A DNA stretch of 64,000 bases from Patescibacteria group bacterium (GTDB taxonomy: Bacteria; Patescibacteriota; Patescibacteriia; UBA11705; DATKZF01): positions 80,012-144,011 of the forward strand of contig JBMORT010000006.1 in NCBI GenBank assembly GCA_049319825.1, given 5' to 3'. Positions 57,910-64,000 of this stretch are shown here, one piece after another (within the stretch, counting starts at the first letter, position 1; each line of letters begins with the position of its first letter). The notes beneath the pieces are model-generated. The model was given only the letters and a program-made list of their open reading frames with translations, did no database searches and was not told the origin of the DNA. Made by a program: the position numbers and the translations under genes.

Positions 57910-59409
57910 ATGGCCCATAATCCTCCAAAAACCAAATATTATCGCTTTCTGGAAATGATTCCGGGAACTTTGATTTGGGCCACTTTTATCGGCGCTATCG
58001 TTTTATCGTTTTTTAAGCCCATTTGGGCCATTTATTTTATCATCGCGTTTGATTTGTATTGGGTTTTTCGGGTTTCATATTTCATTTTTTATGTCGCGCT
58101 GGCCTGGCGACGGTATAAAAAGGATGTCAATCATGATTGGGTGGCGGACATTAAGAAAATCAATGATTGGGAACGAATTTATCATTTGGTTTTTTTGCCG
58201 ACGTACAATGAACCTTATGAGGTTTTAGATACCACTTTTAAAAATTTGACTCAGTCCACCTACCCGCTCGATAAAATGATCGTGGTACTGGCCGGAGAAG
58301 AGCGGGCCAAGGAGCATTTTGAAAAAGTTTCGAGGCAAGTCAAGGAAAAGTACGGCCATAAATTTTTTAAATTCGTAATCACTCTGCATCCGGACAATGT
58401 TGAAGGCGAAATGAAAGCCAAAGGCGCCAACGCCGCTTACGCGGGCAGGGAAGTAAAAAAACTGATAGATAATGAATGGAAAATTCCTTATCAAGATATA
58501 ATCGTTTCTTATTTCGATTGCGACACGGTCGTCCATCCTAAATATTTCGCCTGCTTGGCTTACAAATATTTAACCAGCCCGAATCCGACGCGCACGTCTT
58601 ACCAGCCGGCGGTTTTGTACAATAATAATATTTGGGACGCACCGATCATTACCCGGGTGACTGCGTTCGGCACCATATTCTGGCTGATGACCGATTTGCT
58701 CAGGCCGGAGCGGCTGTTCACCTTTTCTTCGCACAGCATGAGCTGGCAGGCTTTGGTTGACGTTGACTTCTGGCAGTCGGATATTGTCACTGACGATTCG
58801 AGAATTTTTTTGCAGTGTTTTATGCGTTATGACGGCGATTATTCGGTTACGCCGATTTATGTGCCGGTGTCCATGGATGCGGTGTTGGCCGACAATTATT
58901 GGGATAATTTTAAAAATTTATACAAGCAGCAGCGGCGCTGGGGCTATGGCGTGGAGCATTTCCCATACATGGTTTGGAATTTTAAACATAAAAAGGATAA
59001 AATTACTTTTGGGAAAAGATTTAAGTATCTATTCAATATCACTGAGGGCATGTATTCCTGGGTGACAGCTCCGATTTTGATTTTTATTTTAGGTCGTTTG
59101 CCGTTGTGGTGGGTTCAGTTTGGAGCGGAATCGACCAACGTACTGGTACAAAACGCGCCATTCGTTTTAGAAAAATTAATGGCGGTGGCCATGTCCGGAA
59201 TTTTTATTTCTGCCATCTTGAGCATTTTATTATTACCGCCTAGACCAAAAACACATAGCCCGTTAAAATATTTGGCCATGTTTCTTCAATGGCTGCTGCT
59301 GCCGATAACCTTGATCGTTTTCGGATCGATTCCGGCCGCCGAAGCGCAGACAAGGCTGATGTTGGGGAAATACTTGGGTTTCTTTGTTACCCCAAAGGTG
59401 CGGAAGTAA
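57910..59409 (+). CDS. Processive family-2 glycosyltransferase (cellulose-synthase-like) membrane protein
   Basis: QQRRW (QxxRW) motif and flanking TM helices. Confidence 0.75.
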   Translation: MAHNPPKTKYYRFLEMIPGTLIWATFIGAIVLSFFKPIWAIYFIIAFDLYWVFRVSYFIFYVALAWRRYKKDVNHDWVADIKKINDWERIYHLVFLPTYNEPYEVLDTTFKNLTQSTYPLDKMIVVLAGEERAKEHFEKVSRQVKEKYGHKFFKFVITLHPDNVEGEMKAKGANAAYAGREVKKLIDNEWKIPYQDIIVSYFDCDTVVHPKYFACLAYKYLTSPNPTRTSYQPAVLYNNNIWDAPIITRVTAFGTIFWLMTDLLRPERLFTFSSHSMSWQALVDVDFWQSDIVTDDSRIFLQCFMRYDGDYSVTPIYVPVSMDAVLADNYWDNFKNLYKQQRRWGYGVEHFPYMVWNFKHKKDKITFGKRFKYLFNITEGMYSWVTAPILIFILGRLPLWWVQFGAESTNVLVQNAPFVLEKLMAVAMSGIFISAILSILLLPPRPKTHSPLKYLAMFLQWLLLPITLIVFGSIPAAEAQTRLMLGKYLGFFVTPKVRK

Positions 59410-59568
59410 ACATATAGGAAATTTTAAATCCGAATATCTAAATTTTAAACAAATGCAAATATCAAAATTCCAAATTCCCAACTTCGAATACTAATAATTT
59501 AAGACATTGGGGCATTTGAATTTAGATATTGTTTAGGATTTAGAAATTATTGCTTAGAATTTTAAATT

Positions 59569-60546
59569 ATGGCAAAAGTTTCCGTCAACTTAGTCACCTG
59601 GAACGGCTCCAAATATATTTTGGATTGCTTGAAATATTTATTCAATCAGAGTTTTCGTGATTTCAGCTTATTAATTATCGATAATGGCTCGACCGACGAC
59701 ACGCTGAGTTTAATCAAAGAAAAATATCCGCATTTAAAAATCGTCACCCACAGCGATAATCAAGGTTTCGCCAAAGCGCACAATCAAGCCATCCACTGGA
59801 CAAAAAGCGATTACGTGCTGACGCTTAACCAGGATATTGTTTTGGAACCTGATTTTTTGGAAAGACTGGTGGATTTTATGGAGAATCATCCGGAATCGGG
59901 TTCGGTCACCGGCAAGCTTCGACGCTGGCAGGCGAATCAGAAAACCAAATATATAGATTCCATCGGATTCCAAATATATAAAAATCATCGGGTGGTGGAT
60001 TTGGGCAGCGGCGAGCTGGACGAAGGGCAATATGATGACGTGTCGGAGATTTTTGGCGTTTCGGGCGCGGCGCCGCTGTATCGTCGGTCGGCGCTTGAAG
60101 AAGTGATGGAAAACAGTCAGTTTTTTGATGAAGATTTTTTTAGCTATAAGGAGGATGTTGATTTGGCCTATCGTTTGCAATGGCAAGGCTGGAAATCTTA
60201 TAAAGTGCCTCAAGCCGTCGCCTACCATGATCGCTCCGTATCCGGACCGGTAAATCAAATGTCTAAGGGTCAGATCGCCAAAAATCGAAGATTGAAGTCT
60301 AAATTCGCCAATTATCATTCGTACAGAAATCATCTGTATATGTTGACGAAAAACGCTCCGCGGCTGACAGGCAGAATATTTTTTTATGAATTGATTAAGA
60401 TTTTATACATCTCGTTTGCCGAACCGGGCACGCTTAAAGCGTTCGGAGAATATTGGCGCAATCGTAAAAGATTTTTGGAAAAGCGGCGGGTGATTATGGC
60501 CGGAAAAAAGGTTGAATTTACCGAAGTTCAAAAGTGGCTGGTCTAA
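59569..60546 (+). CDS. Family-2 glycosyltransferase
   Basis: GT-A fold N-terminus (VNLVTWNG...IIDNGSTDDT). Confidence 0.8.
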   Translation: MAKVSVNLVTWNGSKYILDCLKYLFNQSFRDFSLLIIDNGSTDDTLSLIKEKYPHLKIVTHSDNQGFAKAHNQAIHWTKSDYVLTLNQDIVLEPDFLERLVDFMENHPESGSVTGKLRRWQANQKTKYIDSIGFQIYKNHRVVDLGSGELDEGQYDDVSEIFGVSGAAPLYRRSALEEVMENSQFFDEDFFSYKEDVDLAYRLQWQGWKSYKVPQAVAYHDRSVSGPVNQMSKGQIAKNRRLKSKFANYHSYRNHLYMLTKNAPRLTGRIFFYELIKILYISFAEPGTLKAFGEYWRNRKRFLEKRRVIMAGKKVEFTEVQKWLV

Positions 60547-60597
60547 AATTATGCGTTGCCGCTTGTTGTCGCATAATAATTGGGGGAGATTGAATAT

Positions 60598-61398
60598 ATG
60601 GAATTGTCAATAATAATTTTAACTTATAAAAGCAAAAATCTGGTTCGATTCGCGCTTAAGGATCTGTTCGAGAGCGATTTACCGAGTGAGACTGAAGTTA
60701 TTGTTGTTGATAATGATTCCCAGGACGGTATTGAAGAAATGGTTAAAAATGAATATCCGCAAGTACGATTCATTCAGTCGGGCTCCAATCTGGGATTTGC
60801 CGGCGGAAACAATGTCGGCATTCGTGCGGCGCGGGGTAAATATGTTTTGATAATGAATCCGGATATATTCGTGCAAGACAATACCATTCGAAAATTGTAT
60901 AATTATATTAAAGACAGGGAAAATGATTGTATCGGTTTGGTCGCGCCCAGACTGAATAATCCGGATGGCTCGCTCCAGAATACGGCTTATCGATTTCATA
61001 AGTGGTTCACTCCGATTTATCGGCGCACCTTTTTAGGCAAAATAAAAAGAGGAAAAAAGCATCTTGATGATTTTTTGATGTCGGACTGGGGGCACGACAC
61101 GGTTAAAGAAGTGGATTGGGTTCAAGGCTCATGCTTTATCTCCCCGAAAAAATTGATTGAGGACATAAATTTTTTTGATGAGCGCTACTTCATGTATATG
61201 GAAGATATGGATCTTTGCCGAAAAATTAAAATGGCCGGAGAGAAAGTAATTTATTATCCGGAAAGTCAGGCTGTTCATCTGCACCGGAAAGAATCAGCCG
61301 AAGGCCGCTGGCATCAGATTTTCACCAATAAAATGACGCGCACCCACATCCAAAGCTGGTTGAAGTATATGTGGAAGTTTAGAAAAATGAAACTGTAA
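60598..61398 (+). CDS. Family-2 glycosyltransferase
   Basis: LSIIILTYKS...VVDNDSQDG. The ATG at 60598 with a GGGGGAG RBS is preferred over the TTG at 60580. Confidence 0.8.
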   Translation: MELSIIILTYKSKNLVRFALKDLFESDLPSETEVIVVDNDSQDGIEEMVKNEYPQVRFIQSGSNLGFAGGNNVGIRAARGKYVLIMNPDIFVQDNTIRKLYNYIKDRENDCIGLVAPRLNNPDGSLQNTAYRFHKWFTPIYRRTFLGKIKRGKKHLDDFLMSDWGHDTVKEVDWVQGSCFISPKKLIEDINFFDERYFMYMEDMDLCRKIKMAGEKVIYYPESQAVHLHRKESAEGRWHQIFTNKMTRTHIQSWLKYMWKFRKMKL

Positions 61399-61534
61399 AT
61401 TATCCGCCGGAGCCGAATTCGCCCTTGGCGGAGAAATCGGGGATTGGAAAATGGAAATTAATCTGAATTTAATTTTATAAAATCGTTCCCTAATTTCCAT
61501 TTTCTTATTTCCAATCTCTAATTTCCCAAACCCC

Positions 61535-63505
61535 ATGCTTGTCGACCAATTGAAAAATTTAAATTCGGAGCCTGATGGCAAGAAAAAAATCGCCACCGCG
61601 CTCGGACGAGCGGTTATTGGTTTTATTCGAGTTTTGCCAACTTTTTTTGTCGTACTAGCCATCTCGTTGGTAATGGCGATCGTGACCGTGGCTGTTTTAT
61701 TATTGCCTTATTTTTCCAGCATAAAATCAATATACACGGACACGCACGCGGCCGTGGAAAATTTAAAATTGGCTCAGATTGAATTATTGAATCGCGACTT
61801 CACCGAGGCCAAGGCTCCGCTAGAGCAGGCTAAGTCCAGATTTGAAAGAGCGCAAAAAACTTTGGCGCCGCTTAAAAACAGTTATTATTCCAGAATTTAC
61901 TATATTGATCAGCAGCTTTTGGGAATTGACGATTTGCTGGAGATCGGAATTCAAATATCAGATTCATTGATCGCCGCCAATCAGCTTGGTTTGGAATTTA
62001 CCGATATTATTGAAAATCAAAATTTAAAATTTTCTCAGCTGTCACGGGCGGATAAACATGAAATTTTGGGCGCGCTCTATGATGCCGGACCGCAGCTGGA
62101 AAAAATACAGAGTAATTTGAATATCGCCACGACCCGGTTAAAAGATTTTAATGACCGGCCCATGTTTGCTCTAATTAAAAACGCGGCTCAACCGATTGAA
62201 GAAAATTTGCCCAAATTCCAGCCGATTTTTGAAAATATCGCCGTATACGGCAAGGCGTTGCCTGAGCTGGCCGGTTATCAAAAACAAATGAACTATTTGT
62301 TTTTGCTTCAAAACAATGATGAATTGCGACCGGGTGGCGGATTTATCGGTACGTATGGCGTGATTCAAGTAAAAGACGCGGATTTTGTGGATTTTTTCAC
62401 AGATAATATTTATAAACTTGACCGACTGGCAGAAGGCGTTTTGAAGGTCGAACCGCCAAAGCCCGTAAAAGAAGAGCTTAAGCAAAATTATTGGTATATG
62501 CGCGATGCCAATTGGTGGCATGATTTTCCAAGGTCAGCGGCCAATGTCGAGTGGTTCTACCAGGCTGAAAACGGACCGATTAAGCAAATTGACGGAGTGA
62601 TCGCCATCACTCAGACTTTCATCGAAAGTTTGATTTCCGTCACCGGCCCGATAACGGTTGACGGCATAACATTTACCAGAGAAAATTTTACCGATCAGCT
62701 TCAATTTGAAGTGGAAAAAGGGTATGAGCTGGCCGGAATCGAGGAAGAACAAAGAAAAGAAATAATCAGACCGTTGGCTGAACAGATCATTTCGAAAATT
62801 ATGTCTCTGCCGAGGTCAGAGTGGTTAAAATTGTTTGATTTGATCGATCAAAATATTGATGAAAAGCAAGTATTGTTTTACGCGAAAGATAAAAATTTGC
62901 AATCGGAGTTATCCAATATCGGCTGGACCGGGGAAGCGTACATGGGCGATGACGATTATTTGGCTGTAGTCGATGCCAATCTAGCGGCCTTGAAGACTGA
63001 TTCGGTGATGGTCAGAGATTATGAATATCGGCTCGAAGAAAAAAATGACGGGCTTTATGCCAATGTCCATCTGACATATGAGAATCTCGGACTGTTCACC
63101 TGGAAAACGACACGCTATCGCACCTATAATCGAATATATGTTCCGGCCGGCAGCCAGCTGATCAGCTATCGACAAGGTGGACGATTATTGGATATCAATA
63201 AAATTGAGGTTTTCGAAGAGCTGGGTAAACAAGTTTTTGGGCATTTTTTCATGATTGAGCCCAAGGCGACGGAAACGATTGATGTCGCTTATAAGCTGCC
63301 GGATAAGGTGGCCCAGCAGCTCCGAGAGGATGAATATCAATTGGTAATTCAAAAGCAACCGGGTTTGGATCATGCCGGCTTGAAAGTGGAAATGATTTTT
63401 ATCAAGCCGATATCAGCGGTCAATGAAAATTTGGAAAAATTCGGCCAGACAGTGAAGTCTGCCGGCGAGCTGAGAGAAGATATGGAGTTTAAAGTGGAAT
63501 TTTAG
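61535..63505 (+). CDS. DUF4012 domain-containing membrane protein
   Basis: N-terminal TM; LRPGGGFIGTYG signature of DUF4012. Confidence 0.75.
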   Translation: MLVDQLKNLNSEPDGKKKIATALGRAVIGFIRVLPTFFVVLAISLVMAIVTVAVLLLPYFSSIKSIYTDTHAAVENLKLAQIELLNRDFTEAKAPLEQAKSRFERAQKTLAPLKNSYYSRIYYIDQQLLGIDDLLEIGIQISDSLIAANQLGLEFTDIIENQNLKFSQLSRADKHEILGALYDAGPQLEKIQSNLNIATTRLKDFNDRPMFALIKNAAQPIEENLPKFQPIFENIAVYGKALPELAGYQKQMNYLFLLQNNDELRPGGGFIGTYGVIQVKDADFVDFFTDNIYKLDRLAEGVLKVEPPKPVKEELKQNYWYMRDANWWHDFPRSAANVEWFYQAENGPIKQIDGVIAITQTFIESLISVTGPITVDGITFTRENFTDQLQFEVEKGYELAGIEEEQRKEIIRPLAEQIISKIMSLPRSEWLKLFDLIDQNIDEKQVLFYAKDKNLQSELSNIGWTGEAYMGDDDYLAVVDANLAALKTDSVMVRDYEYRLEEKNDGLYANVHLTYENLGLFTWKTTRYRTYNRIYVPAGSQLISYRQGGRLLDINKIEVFEELGKQVFGHFFMIEPKATETIDVAYKLPDKVAQQLREDEYQLVIQKQPGLDHAGLKVEMIFIKPISAVNENLEKFGQTVKSAGELREDMEFKVEF

Positions 63506-63554
63506 TCGAATGAAAAAGAAATGATGAAATAAACAGGATAATGATCAAAATATG

Positions 63555-63579
63555 CGTCCCCGTCAGGGGACGTTTTTTA
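63555..63579 (+). terminator. Intrinsic terminator
   Basis: CGTCCCCG-tca-GGGGACG followed by T6. Confidence 0.65.
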
Positions 63580-63580
63580 T

Positions 63581-63665
63581 GCCGGCCATGGGCGCGCGGT
63601 GCGCGCGTAGGGGCAGGTCGCGACCGGCCCCTACCATCCGCCGCGGCGGATGCGCCATGGCCGGC
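63581..63665. repeat. GC-rich (~80% GC) nested palindromic element
   Basis: Outer 11-bp inverted repeat GCCGGCCATGG/CCATGGCCGGC encloses three internal perfect palindromes. Confidence 0.8.
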
Positions 63666-63705
63666 AATTTGTGAATTGCACGGGAATTTGATAAAATCTT
63701 TTTGT

Positions 63706-64000
63706 ATGAAGTTCACCCACCTCCACGTCCACAGCCACTACAGCCTGCTCGACGGATTGGCGAAAATCGACGATCTGATCGAAAAGGCGAAAAATGACGG
63801 CATGACCGCCCTGGCTTTGACAGATCACGGCGTCATGTACGGCGCCATTGAATTTTATCAAAAGTGCTCGGCCGCTGGCATTAAACCCATTATCGGTGTT
63901 GAGGCTTATATCGCTTCCAATGGTCGAAAAGATAAAAATTCCGTTAGCGGCAATCAGCGTTACCATGTGATATTGCTGGCGCAAAATGAGGCCGGTTACA
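63706..64000 (+). CDS. dnaE: DNA polymerase III alpha subunit, N-terminal PHP domain (3'-truncated by the window edge)
   Basis: MKFTHLHVHSHYSLLDG...LALTDHGVMYGAIEFY. Confidence 0.85.
   Translation, partial: MKFTHLHVHSHYSLLDGLAKIDDLIEKAKNDGMTALALTDHGVMYGAIEFYQKCSAAGIKPIIGVEAYIASNGRKDKNSVSGNQRYHVILLAQNEAGY

Noticed and set aside
63631-63984. 117-aa minus-strand ORF at the window end
   Set aside because: It is antisense to the clearly recognisable dnaE PHP-domain N-terminus (MKFTHLHVHSHYSLLDG).

Overview
This window reads as an AT-rich, small-gene bacterial genome of the CPR/Patescibacteria (Parcubacteria-like) type. That assignment is an inference from gene content and architecture.

Positions 1-15688 hold a compact str/S10/spc ribosomal superoperon. 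The order is fusA(partial)-small ORF-tuf-rpsJ-rplC-rplD-rplW-rplB-rpsS-rplV-rpsC-rplP-rpmC-rpsQ-rplN-rplX-rplE-rpsZ-rpsH-rplF-rplR-rpsE-rplO-secY-adk-map. There is no rpmD (L30) between rpsE and rplO, and no infA-rpmJ-rpsM-rpsK-rpsD-rpoA-rplQ block after map. L3, L4, L22, L23 and S5 carry Lys/Ala-rich extensions, and L24 carries a C-terminal Cys4 ribbon. After map come ruvX/yqgF and a recO-like gene, then two small promoter-equipped zinc-ribbon ORFs.

Four tRNAs are present: Val-GAC, an unusual Ile-UAU, Pro-GGG and Leu-GAG.

Three loci encode large secreted or surface proteins: 18243-23482 (minus strand), 32435-41987 (a four-gene operon with a WxL/DUF916-like pair followed by 908-aa and 1725-aa proteins), and 54884-56668 (a putative HExxH protease).

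Other identifiable genes are valS, tyrS and argS; an O-antigen-ligase-like/TPR membrane protein; bactofilin with a degenerate DAGK-like lipid kinase and a ferredoxin; a methyltransferase; yraN; pyk; a short SRAP/YedK-like protein; an HTH-Doc toxin-antitoxin pair immediately upstream of ppsA; an aromatic amino-acid permease; three GT2 glycosyltransferases and a DUF4012 protein; and the start of dnaE.

The features worth a second look are: a 13-copy GATCATG heptamer array abutting tRNA-Pro; a recurrent TATATT(A/C)GCATCG(CTTGC) intergenic motif that forms 23-bp perfect palindromes and abuts start codons (candidate leaderless promoters); GC-rich structured intergenic elements at 46167-46560 and 63581-63665; a high-GC gene at 50798-51526; and a hypothetical protein with possible RelA/SpoT-like nucleotidyltransferase motifs. 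No CRISPR array, transposase or integrase was found.
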